This document shows positions 47,301 to 59,748 of a stretch of DNA of 64,000 nt, piece by piece (position 1 is the stretch's first letter; each line of letters starts with the position of its first letter). The translations under genes were made by a program, and so were the position numbers. The notes below the pieces were generated by a model. The model saw only the letters and a program-made list of their open reading frames with translations, was not told the origin of the DNA and made no database searches. The DNA comes from Vairimorpha necatrix (Eukaryota): NCBI GenBank assembly GCA_036630325.1, contig CP142732.1, positions 310,001 to 374,000 of the forward strand, in the 5' to 3' direction.

Positions 47301-50222
47301 ACAAAGAAGATTACCTATACAGTTCCATTTAAATATTTTGAAAAGGCGAAAATGGAAATTAAAAGACTTAAAGATGCAGATATAATTGAAAAGAGTTCTT
47401 CTGATATAATGAGCTCTACATTTTTCATAGAAAAGAAAAATAAGGAGTTACGTTTAGTAGTAGATTATAAGGAAGTAATTAAAGCCTTGCAAGATGACCC
47501 ATACATATTACCAAAATTGAGGATTGTATAACAATATTGGAATCTAACAAATTTTTTATGCAGATTGATTTAAGTAACGAATTTAATCAGATAAAAATAG
47601 ATGAAAAAAGCAAGAAATATACATTGTTTTTTTTTGTTAGGACAATAGTGGAAATGCAAGAGAAGTTCCTTTAGGATTAATCCCGCTCAAAATTATTTCA
47701 AATTAATATTTCAAACATATTAGGAGATTTAGATAATGTATTTGTTTTTATAAATTATATTGTGATTTATAATAAAACAAAGAAAAGTCATTTAATTTCC
47801 TTAGAACAAATACTAGAAAGATTATACAGCAAAAATGTCCAAATAAATTTAAGAAATCGAAATTTTATCAACTATAAACTGAATTTTGGATTACAAAATA
47901 AAACACGAAGGGATTTTCCTAAAAACTAAAATTTAAATAATAGAATATTTAAGAAAGAAATAAAAACGAAAAAGGATATACAAAAACTGTTAGGAGTAAT
48001 AAACTGGTACAGAAAGTTTATTCCAGATCTATCGATAAAGATTAATAAATTAACCGATATGTCAAAGAACAAGAATGAATATAAAATCAAAGTAACGACC
48101 GAAATGAGAAAGGAAATTGACAAAATCAAAGAATGGATTCTAGGTAATCACAAGTTATTATTTTCCGATTACAATAGTAAATTTACATTACAAGTTGGCG
48201 CAAGCGAAATAGGTTAGGAAGTACGCTACACAAAAGAATAAAATCATTAGATATTGTAGTAAAATATTTTCTGGTCCAGAATTAAATTACAGTATTGTTG
48301 AGAAGGAATTTTTGGCAATAGTTTTATCTATGCTCAATTTAAAAAACATAATCCAAGGATCTTATGTAGAGATTTATGCTGATAGTAAAAATTGTATCTA
48401 TGAAAATAATATAGAACATCAAGAATTAATAGATGGAAATTGTTGTTAAATGAATTTAGTTTTTTACTAAATCATATAGATGGAAAAAAAATTGTATTGC
48501 AGATTACCTATCAAGAGATTTCACTGGAATCGGAAATAATGAAAACAATAATCACGAAGAAAATATCAAATAAACCAAGAATGTTATCGCAGAGACAAAG
48601 TGGTAACTTTATAGTTGATAAAGAAAAGCGCTACATAGTTAAATTTAATCATGTAAAGAAATTTATATCATTTATGCATGAATTTGGATTTCATAGTTGA
48701 ATTTCTACCCTATATTACAATATAAAGCGCTTTTACTATATAAAACGAATCTTTAAAAAAATAAAAAATACCATTAGCCAATGTAAAATTTGTGGAATTT
48801 ATAAAAATAAGCATCCGTAAAAGTATATCACTATTAATATAGTAGCACAAAGAAAATTTGAAAAGGGGAGTATGATATTTTCGGCCCCTTTAGTCTTGAT
48901 AATTTAATTACTTCAGAAAGGAAAGAGTTAGGATATATTCTTACTATGACGGATATATATTCCCGATATACTAAACCTTATTTCTTATACACTATAAATT
49001 CAGAATCAATGTTTTGATGCTTTGAAAATTGGATTAAAACTTTTGGAAAACCAGCATCTATAATATCAGACAATAGGCGCCAGTTCATAAGTAAAACAAC
49101 GCAAGATCATTTAATTAAAGAAAAAATTCTACATACCTTGATACCCACATATAACCAAGCTCTAATGGCTTAAAGAATCAACGAATAAAAGAATTTTATT
49201 CACTCTGAGCTTCAACGAAGGTATAAATATACGAGAAGTAGTTATAAAGGCAGAAAATGCAATTAATTATAATTATAATAAAACGATTTAATCTTCTCCA
49301 TTTTCAATCATTAATGGATTTAGCATTTATGACCCATTACAGAGAGATTATGATTATATTAGTATCTTAAACGAAGAAAAAATCTATTTGGTAAAAGTTG
49401 GAGACATTTTTAGGAAAAGAATATATAATGCTAAAAAATTGGGACCAAAATGGAGCAAGAGAATGAAAGTATTTTGTGTCGGCAATAAGGGGTACTAGAT
49501 TAAACCGAAAGGGAATAGTAGATGGACTCATATTACAGGGGTTTGCATTTTTTTAGTCCAACTTTTGCATTTTTATAGTCCATTTTTTGAAAAAAAACCA
49601 AGATTTGATAAAAAATCAAAAATCAATAGAATTATGCAAAAAATATTTACAAACTCATTTAATTAGATAAACTCGTTTTTCTGCCTTGCCATTTCTAACC
49701 ATTTAACATATTAGTGTAGAATCCATTACACGAAAGGCTGAAATCATCGTTCAGCACTTGTTCCAAATCCGTTTCAACAGCATTATTTGAGTTCCTTATA
49801 GCACAAAACCTTGATTTTATCATAGAAAAAAACTCTTCAATGGGATTAAGCTGTGGGATATACGGAGGCAAAAAAACATAAGATATGCCTAATTCTCTTA
49901 GCTTACCTAAAACTTCTCTTGAATGATGAAATTTAGCATTATCCATGATTAAAATCTTTTGAGAATTTCTTTGGAAAAATTCTACAAGATGCCTTTCAAT
50001 AAATTCGACAAATAGAGCAGAATTATATGCGCCCCTTTTCATTTCGTATGCTATAATATTCGATTTTGAAATTACGCAAAGACAACTTAAATTTTTGCCT
50101 CGATTTGCAGGGACTGTTTTAAATGCTTTTTTATTTTTATATGTGTCAATGGATTTATTGTTGTCCTTCATCAAAAATTAGGGGTTTATAAAATTTAAAA
50201 ATAAATATCAACATCCCCCTTC

Positions 50223-53051
50223 TTAAAACATATCGTCAACTATTAATTTCAGCTGTGCAGCATGCCTTTTAAATCTTCTACAACCAACATCAATTAGGTA
50301 AGTGTTATTATCAAGGGAGTCAACTACCATTCCTCTGTTTAAGTATTTTGGAGCACCTTTTTTAATTATGCCTTCGTTCCTTATCATCACAACATCCCCC
50401 TTTTCGAATTTGTATTCCGCTGGTTTCCTTTCATGCTTTGTTTTGAATTTTAATATTTGCCGTAGTTGTGTTTGTTTCAATTTCTCAGCATTTTCTTCAT
50501 TACATGCTTCTGTTGGAGTCATTATAATTCCAGTGTGAAATGTGGTGTTGTATACGTGTAAGGCATGTATTAATCTTCGTGTCAGTAGTTTACCGGTAAT
50601 ATTCTTATAAATAAGGTCCTGTAAAGTCCTGTTAAAACGCTCTACCCTTCCATTTGATTGATGATGGAATGGTGAGGTATAATGCAGACTAATATTTTTG
50701 TCGGCACATAAATTTTTAACTGCATTTCCCAAATTTTCTTTAGATTGATCTAGAATTAATGTTTTTATCTTTAACTTTTCATTGATCTCTTTAATAAATT
50801 CTGCGACTTTTGAGGTTTCACGCGATTTAATTATCTTAGCAAATCCGTATCTTGTAAAATAATCAATTCCGGTGATAATGTATTGGTTATTAATAGGGCC
50901 AATAATATCAATGGCAACCTTCTCCCCCTTCTCGTATGCTGTTACATATAAGAATCTTCTGTCCTTTTTTGGATTATATTTTGCACAAATAGTGCATCTT
51001 TTAATAACCTTTCTTATCACTTCTTCCACGTTTTTTACCTTAAATCCCCTTTTCTCGATTTCATACTTCATAGATTGTATCCCTCTATGCAAGAGCTCTT
51101 TATGGATTTGCTCTATCTGTTCTTCAAGGCAAACTGTTCTTTCAACTTCATTTATCGTAGGCTGTGAATCTAATTGTGGGAGAGGGCTAATTTCTGCTGA
51201 ACAATTGGTAGGGTTTCGGCTCAGACAGTCTACGTGTGGTATCTCCTTTCCTTTTTTATACTTTATTTTAAAACTAAAATTAGCAATTCTCTCCAACCAT
51301 CTTTGTATTCTTAACGACTTTATTTCTCCTTTATTTAGTGCCTCTAGGGCTTTATGGTCCGTTATGACTTCAAAATCAGTACCATACAAAAAATACTTAA
51401 AATGTTCCATGCCCCATAGTATTGCTAGGCATTCCTTTTCACTTATGCTGTATTTTATTTCCGTTTCCTGCAGTCTTCTGGATGCAAAAGCTACGGCTTT
51501 ATCTTCACCTTCGAACTCTTGGGATAATATCGCAGCTATCCCACTGTTTGACGCATCTGTCTCTAATTTAAAGTGCTTATTAAAATCTGGTTGTGTCAAT
51601 TCTGTACTATTTTTAAGTGAATTTATGAGGGCTAGGAATGCATTGTTTTCTGCTTCTCTCCAGTAAAACGTCTTATCACCCTTTAACAAATCATAAAGGG
51701 GCCCGCCTATTAATGCACAATTGGGGATGAATTTTCTATAGTAATTTATCAGCCCTAGGAATTCCTGTACTTTCTTCTTATCTTTCGGAGGCTCTAGATC
51801 TTCGAGCGCCCGTGTTCGTTTCACACAAGGTAGTACTTTATTATAGGTTATTTTGTGGCCCAAAAATTTTACTTCCTCTTTTTTGACTATTGATTTGTCC
51901 ATATTTATATTCAAATTATATTGTTTAAGTATATCTGTAACTCTCTTATATGCCTCGTCATGTTCTATCTCATTCCTACCAAAAACTAGAATGTCGTCCA
52001 CATAGCAATAACATGACTTACCGAGCTCACTATTCAGAACATGATCCATATATCGTTGAAAAATAGCTGGGCTATTTTTAAATCCTTGTGGCATTACTGT
52101 CCACTCATATAGCACATGCTTGTATCGGAATGCTGTTTTGTGTCTATCTCTAACACTTAATGGTATCTGAAAAAATCCGTCTTTCAGGTCGATCGTGGAA
52201 AAAAACTTCATACCTCTTAAATTGCATAATATTTCGTCGATATTTGGTAACGAATAACGATCCAGTTCGACGAGATTGTTCAATGCCACCAAATTAGTCG
52301 TTATTCTAACCTTTCCATCAGGCTTTATTACTGGTCGAAGATTATTTAGCCAGGAGGAATTCGACTTACGAATGTATCCTTTCTCAATGAGTGTCTTTAT
52401 AGATTTATCCGCTTCAACTTCTAGCTTTTTTGGTAAAGGGTATACCTTTTCCACAACCTTACATCCTTCTTTTGTTTTTATTTCACAAATATATTTAAAT
52501 TTATCTTTGTTCATCACCTTCTTTATCGTGTTTACTCCTATCAGAATTTTCTCAGATTTAACCTTTGGGAGGACATAGAAATCGGCCGTACATTTAATGT
52601 TTTTATATTTAAATTCTAGTGAAACATATTGTTTAATACTAAATTGTTCTTCCAAACAGGTCCAGAATTTTATTTCCTCATTCAGTTCTTTAGGTATGAG
52701 TGATAGTCTTTGTATCACTGAGTAACTCATAAAATTATATCTTGCACCAGTGTCAAATAAAACTGCAACTTTTACGTCTTTAACATAGATAAAACTCTCT
52801 TTATTTAAAATTTCTGCAATATCTTCGCTTATCTCATTAATTCTCCTAGATCTATCGGTCTCTTTTCCGTTATTTCTCACATTTTCTGGGTACTTTCGAC
52901 ATGACCTAGCGTAATGACCCCGTCGTCCGCATTTATAACATCCTGTAGACCTAGAATTTTCGTTAATTTTTAAAGCATTTAATCTTTCTAAAAGAGAATT
53001 TATGTTGTTCTTCTTGTCTACTTGTTTCTCTTTTTTCTTTTCTTCTTCCAT
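50223..53051 (-). CDS. Zinc knuckle-PR-RT-RH-IN polyprotein of element E
   Basis: CYKCGRRGHYARSC, FDTGA, YVDDIL, ETDASN, HKELLH...CTIC, GRVERFN. Confidence 0.93.
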   Translation of the reverse strand: MEEEKKKEKQVDKKNNINSLLERLNALKINENSRSTGCYKCGRRGHYARSCRKYPENVRNNGKETDRSRRINEISEDIAEILNKESFIYVKDVKVAVLFDTGARYNFMSYSVIQRLSLIPKELNEEIKFWTCLEEQFSIKQYVSLEFKYKNIKCTADFYVLPKVKSEKILIGVNTIKKVMNKDKFKYICEIKTKEGCKVVEKVYPLPKKLEVEADKSIKTLIEKGYIRKSNSSWLNNLRPVIKPDGKVRITTNLVALNNLVELDRYSLPNIDEILCNLRGMKFFSTIDLKDGFFQIPLSVRDRHKTAFRYKHVLYEWTVMPQGFKNSPAIFQRYMDHVLNSELGKSCYCYVDDILVFGRNEIEHDEAYKRVTDILKQYNLNINMDKSIVKKEEVKFLGHKITYNKVLPCVKRTRALEDLEPPKDKKKVQEFLGLINYYRKFIPNCALIGGPLYDLLKGDKTFYWREAENNAFLALINSLKNSTELTQPDFNKHFKLETDASNSGIAAILSQEFEGEDKAVAFASRRLQETEIKYSISEKECLAILWGMEHFKYFLYGTDFEVITDHKALEALNKGEIKSLRIQRWLERIANFSFKIKYKKGKEIPHVDCLSRNPTNCSAEISPLPQLDSQPTINEVERTVCLEEQIEQIHKELLHRGIQSMKYEIEKRGFKVKNVEEVIRKVIKRCTICAKYNPKKDRRFLYVTAYEKGEKVAIDIIGPINNQYIITGIDYFTRYGFAKIIKSRETSKVAEFIKEINEKLKIKTLILDQSKENLGNAVKNLCADKNISLHYTSPFHHQSNGRVERFNRTLQDLIYKNITGKLLTRRLIHALHVYNTTFHTGIIMTPTEACNEENAEKLKQTQLRQILKFKTKHERKPAEYKFEKGDVVMIRNEGIIKKGAPKYLNRGMVVDSLDNNTYLIDVGCRRFKRHAAQLKLIVDDMF

Positions 53052-53080
53052 GCTATGAATTCTCTGGAGTTCTCGAGCTC

Positions 53081-53551
53081 CTATTGATTTAACTGACCAT
53101 AGATATTTTTTATATCGTTATTACCTGCATTCAGTCCTTCTGCGATGATGTCTACAATATCTAAATCGCTCAACTTATAGATACTAGCCTTTTCTTTTAC
53201 CCTTTCTATAAAGGCTACAATGCCTTCGTTCTCATCCTGGTTTAATCGGTATATCTCACCCAGGGAAATCTCTTTCTTACCAAATACTTCTTTGGCGGAC
53301 TCTAACCATTTTTCATACATTAGAGCGCACTTTCTTCGCGACTCTAGAAACTCCTCATGCCATTCTATAACGGCGTACTCTGCTCTTCCTATGATGTATT
53401 CAATTTTATCTTCGTCATTCTTGTTGATGAAGAAAGACATCATTCCAAGTCTCTTACATTCTTGAAGAAGGTTACGTTTTGTTATAACCATGTTCATGGG
53501 CTTTGATGTCCCATTCTCCACCATGTCAATGGATTTATTGTTGTCCTTCAT
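53081..53551 (-). CDS. Gag N-terminal part of element E
   Basis: Position and gag-like LNQDENEGIVAFIERVK. ATG at 53551 lies inside the LTR. Out of frame with pol by one base. Confidence 0.7.
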   Translation of the reverse strand: MKDNNKSIDMVENGTSKPMNMVITKRNLLQECKRLGMMSFFINKNDEDKIEYIIGRAEYAVIEWHEEFLESRRKCALMYEKWLESAKEVFGKKEISLGEIYRLNQDENEGIVAFIERVKEKASIYKLSDLDIVDIIAEGLNAGNNDIKNIYGQLNQ

Positions 53552-54173
53552 CAAAAATTAGGGGTTTAGGGTTTATAAAATTTAAAAATAAATATCAACA
53601 ATATGAAAACCCATAATGCCTTGTGGTATGAGCATTAAATCCAGTTTCATCCAAAAAATCGAATTTTCTAGTGAATATCGATATTTCCATAGCATATTCT
53701 GCTCTTTTATCAATTTTGTCCTGCGAATTACGCTCTGCAGGAATTAGAGACAGTCTTTTTCTTGTAATATTTAGATATTTCAACTTTCTCGAAATAGTTG
53801 ACAAAGACATTGAAACATTTGCTATTGTATAAAGTTCTTCCTTGATTTCACTTAGAGTCTTGTCATTACTACGTGCAATGACGTTTTTAAGCACAATGTC
53901 GATAGGCTTTAAAACCCCATGAGCTGAAACTTTAGAACGATTTGTTGTACCTGTAGAAACAATGGATTCTCCCTCTAACATTTTCCTATGGATCCCATAA
54001 ATTGTTTTATAACTTAAATCTAATGTTGTAGAAATATCTTTTAGGGTCAAGTTTTCGTTTTTTATATGTCTTTCAATGAGCTTTAAGACATCAGGAGTGA
54101 CCGAAGATCTCGCTTTTCTAGGCATTGGGGGGGGTTTTTTTTCAAAAAAAAGGCCATTGAAATAAAAAAAAAT

Positions 54174-54348
54174 GGACTATAAAAATGCAAAAGTTGGACT
54201 ACAAAAATGTAAAAGTTGGACTATAAAAATGCAAAAGTTGGACTATAGAAAATGCAAAAGTTGGACTATAAAAATGCAAAAGTTGGACTATAAAAATGCA
54301 AAAGTTGGACTAAAAAAAATGCAAAAGTTGGACTAAAAAAATGCAAAA
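54174..54348. repeat. Subterminal tandem array of about 22-bp units (GGACTATAAAAATGCAAAAGTT), about 8 copies
   Basis: Visible tandem units at the right end of the Tc1-like element. About 2 inverted units at the left end. Confidence 0.92.
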
Positions 54349-55771
54349 CCCCGTAAAAACACTAAAGTTTGGAGGGGGTGGCAGGATGTGGCATTACAAT
54401 CACATGAAAACGTCTATTTCCCCAAATGGAATTTCTTAAATATTTTTTCAAGAAATTATTTTTGTACCCCAACAAAAAGGGAAAGGAGATGCAGACAAAG
54501 GACACAAACAATAAACGATTTATTTATAAACAAACAAGGCAAGGAGTCTATTATAAGTAGCTTGCTAGAAGCCTACTATAAACGAGGATTCATCCCTCAT
54601 GACGACCTCAAGCCCCAAGAAAGATTGTAATTTCTTTTTACTTTTAGGAACTGGTAATCCTCGAATGCTTTTAACTCTTTCTCCAACCACACTTATTCCC
54701 CCTTTAGAAACAACATAACCTAGAATTTTTAAGTGTGTATTTTGAATTCGCACTTCTCCCTATTAAGTTTTAGTCATATGGATTAAGCTTTTCTAGTACC
54801 CTTTTGACATCTCTCCTATGATCTTCTTTCGTTTTACTATAAATTAGTATATCATCTATGTATACTGCAACAAATTTATATAAGAACTCTTTTAAAATGT
54901 TATTCTTCACCAGCTGAAATGTAGCAGGTCCATTGACAAGCCCAAATGACATTTTCGTAAATTCAAATAATCCTTCTCTACAGGCGAAGGCTGTTTTTCG
55001 ATATCATACAAGGCCATATCAAGTTGATGATATCCCGATTCTGCATCCAATTTTGTGAAGTAAGTGGCGCCCTCTAATGCATTAATAAATTCTTCTACTC
55101 GTGGCATTGGGTATGCATCTTTAAGAGTCGCATCATTCAACTTCTATAGCCCACACATAACCTGTAGTCTTCATTTTTTTTTTTTGAAAATTATTATCGG
55201 ACTTTCCATGCACTTTCATAGGTCTTATGATTCCCAAGTTCAGAAATTCTTTTACTATTTTAGAGGATATGTCTTCTTTCTGCACCACCTAACTTGTATA
55301 ACTGTGTAAGTATTGGTTTATCATCTTTTGTGATGATCTTGTTGTAACCCATGGCTTTATTTTTGGCCACTAAGCCGGATTCGATTTCCATTCTATTATC
55401 CCCAAATCTTAAATTTATTTTGTATTTATCCAGTGACGCATGTCCTATGATACATGGAATAGTAATATCTCTTGTTATATAAATTTTTCTTTTAATATCA
55501 CCCATCAATCTTTATTTTAATTACCTTTTCTCCAATGATCTTTATTTTCGATCCATTGGCTGCCCAAAGCTGTTGTTTAGAAAAATAACAACGGGTTTGT
55601 TTACAAAAAGCTCTGGTCTAATATGATTTAGTTCAGCTCCAGAAACGGTGAGCACTTTAAACTTAGCAAATGAATCGTTTAAGGACGCTTTCTATGGCGT
55701 AGTCCCAATATCCTCGAATTTTGCAACAGAGTAATTATAAATAAATTTCTTTAGATCTACCTTCTTTTTTC

Positions 55772-56890
55772 GGATCTAGTTTGCTACGCGCCCGGAGCCA
55801 AACCTAGTTTGTATACGCCCAAAATAAAAAATTAGGGCTTTTAAGAGAAAAGAACTTTTATAGCATGATAATAAAAAAGCAGCATTGTAAAAAGACAGGC
55901 TTGTTTTAGAATTATTTTATTTTTAGCTTATGGCTAGTAAAGCTAGAATTCTGATGAACGCAGTCTTCTTAAACTCATCTCTGAACATCAGTTCAGCTAT
56001 AAGACCGGGAAGTTGTGCTTTTTGAACACCATATATTTTCTTAATCACAAGCTTCATCTTTTGCAGAACGACTCAATGTTTTGGGTATGGGCTTCAGTTA
56101 TCGGATCAACGAAATTTGTCTTGTGGTTCACGACCAGATGACGGAACCCGAGCTCTCTTTCAATATTCGCATATGATCCCAGCCATCTGAGTTAATGATT
56201 GTGCCAGGTCTACATATCCTAGCAATGATCGGAAGTAAAACACCAGCTGATCGATTTGGGACAATCTCTATATAGCACTTCGCAGGAGAGAAAGAGGTGT
56301 CTGCGCTCCCCCAAACCCACACACCACTAGATGGTGCTCTGCCATGATGATGTTTGATCTTGTGGACGAACTGGCTTTCGTCGATCTGGCAAATAATACC
56401 TGGACCTCCCAATCTCATAGGATCCGCCTCAAAGTATACTTTAAGGATAGTCCTCGGCTTGTTTATAACCGCCACGATGCTGTTTCTTCTGAATCCATGG
56501 TCTAAAATAATCTCTTTAATCTGTTTTCCTTCGCTCCAAAGCATAATCATAGCGAAGATCTCTGACAATGGCAATTTAAATCACTCAAAAAAGGATCCAG
56601 TTCTAATGCTCTATGTGGTCCTGTAGAGCCTGCACACTTTATTATCACAAGTCCAGCATATAAGGTCCGGGCCTTTCTTTGATCTCTCAACCATGCCAGA
56701 TGAACACTCAGAACAGGACATACTGGTCAAAAGAAGGGTTTGTTCTCGCAGAACAGAAATCATCTCTCTAGGTGGCATTCTACGAATTTGTACGTAACTT
56801 TCAAACTGCGACACACTCGTTCTCATAAGGGTAAATTTTTAAAAACCTAGTTGTTATACGCCCTATCCGGGCGTATAACAAACTAGATCC
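55772..56890 (-). mobile_element. Merlin (IS1595/IS1016-like) DNA transposon, frameshifted
   Basis: 25-bp imperfect TIRs GGATCTAGTTTG(C/T)TA...GCCCGGA, N-terminal Cys cluster, LGGPGIICQIDESQF, PGTIINSDGW. No TSD found. Confidence 0.85.
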
Positions 56891-57138
56891 AAATTTTTTA
56901 TATTAAAACGAAAATTATAATCAAACTTTTTTTACAAGAGTTTCTTAAGTGGTTAGAAGAATCGAAAAAAAAAATTAAATGGTTTTATATAGATTTAATA
57001 GACATTGTTTTAACAAGAATGCGAAGCAATTTTCTTATTAATTACTACGAAAAGAGGTTTAAATGTTGTTTTCGATTATATCTCGAAGAAATTACAAAAA
57101 ATAACTACGTGTAGAGAAATACTTAGAAACAATACTTT

Positions 57139-59308
57139 TTAATGAGATACTTGATTTTGCATGTCATCTGCAATTTGGTCATAATTAATGATATAAGATG
57201 AATTGGCAGCTCTTAAACAGTTATCTAAATGTTTGTCCGTAAGTTGTGATCGATATTTTGATTTTAAATACGTCATATTCGAAAAAAGAGCTTCACAATT
57301 ATATGTGGTTCCACAATATGAATATTTTTAGTACACATTTTCTTAAAATGAGAAAACTATTATCTGAAACCAATTTCCGAAAGTACTTGTCTAAATAATG
57401 TGATTTTAAAACTATATCATTCTTCAAATTAATAATTTCGATTTTTAAGTCGTCCATGTTAACTATATACAAAAAATTAGAAATTTTTACTGGTAAATCA
57501 GAATCAAAAACATATAAAGGATTAGCAAAAAATGGAATTATTTTTCTCAAATGATCAATAATCAATAAATCTTCATGAAAACTCGATCAGTAATAAATCT
57601 ATTGAGCCTATGTACGATATAGGATCGAATTCATGAATACTTAAATATATTTTTTCAATTATTAACTTAGTATTTTGAAAATGAGATAAGGATTTCTTCA
57701 TTAAATGTATTTTAAAAAGTTCTAACTTTTTTGCAAAAGAATTAATTTAGCTCATCATATCTGCAATATGTGAATTCTTTTGTTGTAATTTTAAATTTAG
57801 TTCGTTAAATTTCATTGTGATATCCGCTAAAAATCCAAGATCTAATAGCCAACTTTTGCTTTCTAATTCTATAGTAGTTTCATTTCTCATTGCAAAAAAA
57901 ATCCTTTATTTGAGGTAAAAGCTTAATATAGCGGTCCGGAACTTTACCTCGGCTAAGCCATCTCACTTCTGTATGAAGAACTAAATTTTTAAAATCTTGA
58001 TTTCCCTCATTCATAAGCAGCTTAAACAGCCTATGTTGAGTTGCTTTGGCTCTTATCGAATTTATAATTTTAGTAACAATTATTAAAATATGATTAAAAT
58101 TAACACTTTTTAAAAATAAAACTTGTTAATGAATTTTACTGTGATATGAAAAATTGTTTGGGAACAAAACTTCTTTATTACATAAACCAAAAAATCCGTT
58201 TTCTTTTCCGACCATTGCTCGTGCGCCATCAGTAGTAATAGAAGAAAGTTTTCGAGGCGGTATATTTTTATCGACAATAAATTTTTTAAATATAGAAAAA
58301 TGTCTTTTCCCGTTGTACGAGCTTGTTAAAGGTAGAATTTTTAAAAATTCCTCTTTAGTTGAAAAGTCATTATATACCATTTTTATAGAAACAATTAGTT
58401 GTGCTGTGTCAACTACATTGGTAGATTTTTTAAGCTGAAAAGAGAAATACATACAATTTATTAAGTCTTTATCTAATTCTGATTCTAAATTATTAGCAAT
58501 TAATTCTATTCTCCTTGATGCAGTTCTAGCTGATAACTGCAACATATTAATAGCTTTTAAAATTTCTGTCTTGTTTTCAAAATCTTAAAAAAGAGAATCA
58601 AACGCTGTTATCATGGCCTCTTTTATATTTTCTGCATCAGTAAAGGGGGTTTTTTTCTTAGCCAAGAGATGTGCAACTTTTATTGGAGCTACAGTGGCCG
58701 CCTTTGAAAGCTCTTTTGGTTTGTAAAACATCTCTGCTGTTTACAATTGCTGATTTTAAAGATATCAACTTACTTTTTCGCAGTTCTGACTTCAGTGGGT
58801 ATTCAATATTTATATTTTCATGCAAACTATATAAGTGTCGTTATAAATTACTTTTTTGCAAATTGAAATGCTTTTGTTGTACAATAAACAAATACACCAT
58901 CCTTAAAATTCTATAAAGAAAAAATCTTCTTCCCATAAATTATTGAATTGATAATTTCTTCTTTTTTTTAAGGTTCCATAAAGGGGCAAAAAAAATTGTA
59001 ATAAATTTTGAAAATTTATTGAATTTTGCATTAGCATGTTTTATGGCATAATTATTGTCAAAATAAATTTTAAAGAACTTTATAATTGAAATAAAAATAT
59101 TATTGTTATAATCACAATATGTAAGAAAATTTTTGTTGAAAGATCTTTTTGCTTAACGAAAAGTACATCAACTCCTTATAATGAAATCCCAATATTTAGC
59201 ATTAAAAATGTAATTGGCCAAATTTATTTTCAAAAAATGAAATATTAAATTTTTATAATTTCTTCTCAATGTGAAAAATAAAAACGGGCGCTTCGTTGCC
59301 GACCCCTG
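57139..59308 (-). mobile_element. Degenerate hAT transposon (Buster/SPIN, GTF2IRD2-like)
   Basis: One TIR CAGGGGTCGGCAAC ending at 59308. Transposase relic about 58979-57139 with STNVVDTAQL, SITTDGARAMVG and QVSH-stop. Second TIR not found. Confidence 0.82.
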
Positions 59309-59748
59309 ATCTATACCATATGTATTTGCTATTAAAATTCAGAAAATAACTTATAGTAGCAAAAACTAATGTGATCACATAAATGAACGTTTTTGCGAAA
59401 CAAAAATTACATATTAATCAAATATATTTATACAAAGTTCGTCTTTTGTATTAACAGACCTATGCATGAGTAAATACTTAATGAATGTTCATAGAGCATA
59501 CAGCACGAAATTAAGTTTATGTGTCTATAGTCAAAATACTATATAGCGAATTTCAATATGAAATGAAAAAAATTTAAATCCGCTTACGGTTAAATTCTAC
59601 GATACCATGCAATGAATATAATACTTCTATCTATTTGTTGCAAACCAAAAATTCACGATATTACTAACAAAGGGCGTAATTTATACGGAAATGAACAAAA
59701 AAACAAAATGTCGAATATGTTCGTTTTGCTTCTTACAAATAACATTAT

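Larger units (their letters stand above)
50144..53600 (-). mobile_element. Compact Ty3/Gypsy element with 70/77-bp LTRs (element E)
   Basis: LTRs 50144-50213 and 53524-53600 (TG...CA, differing by a 7-bp duplication), TSD ATATG, TGG after the 5' LTR, PPT GAAGGGGGA. Confidence 0.93.
49536..54353 (-). mobile_element. Tc1/IS630-type (DD34E) DNA transposon interrupted by an LTR element
   Basis: TA TSD, TIRs C(A/G)GGG(G/T)TTTGCATTTTTTTAGTCCAAC. Transposase halves 54125-53601 (HTH, FLDETGF) and 50143-49695 (MDNAKFH, 34 residues, LNPIE). Confidence 0.9.
45760..54610 (+). mobile_element. Degenerate Ty3/Gypsy element related to element A (element D)
   Basis: Diverged LTRs 45760-45984 and 54387-54610, TSD AACCC/AGCCC, PPT GGAGGGGGTGGCAGGA, frameshifted gag-pol fragments similar to element A. 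Confidence 0.87.
44430..55770 (-). mobile_element. Old Ty3/Gypsy relic split by nested insertions (IN/RH about 44430-45759, RT/PR 54611-55770)
   Basis: IDILGP, IDHFSK and LKTDYQAL on the left; LDAESGYHQ, FGLVNGPATF, YIDDIL and LQSFLG on the right. Outer boundaries approximate. Confidence 0.75.

Noticed and set aside
54174-54348. CRISPR-like array
   Set aside because: Units are contiguous with no unique spacers, lie in a transposon end, and the genome is eukaryotic.
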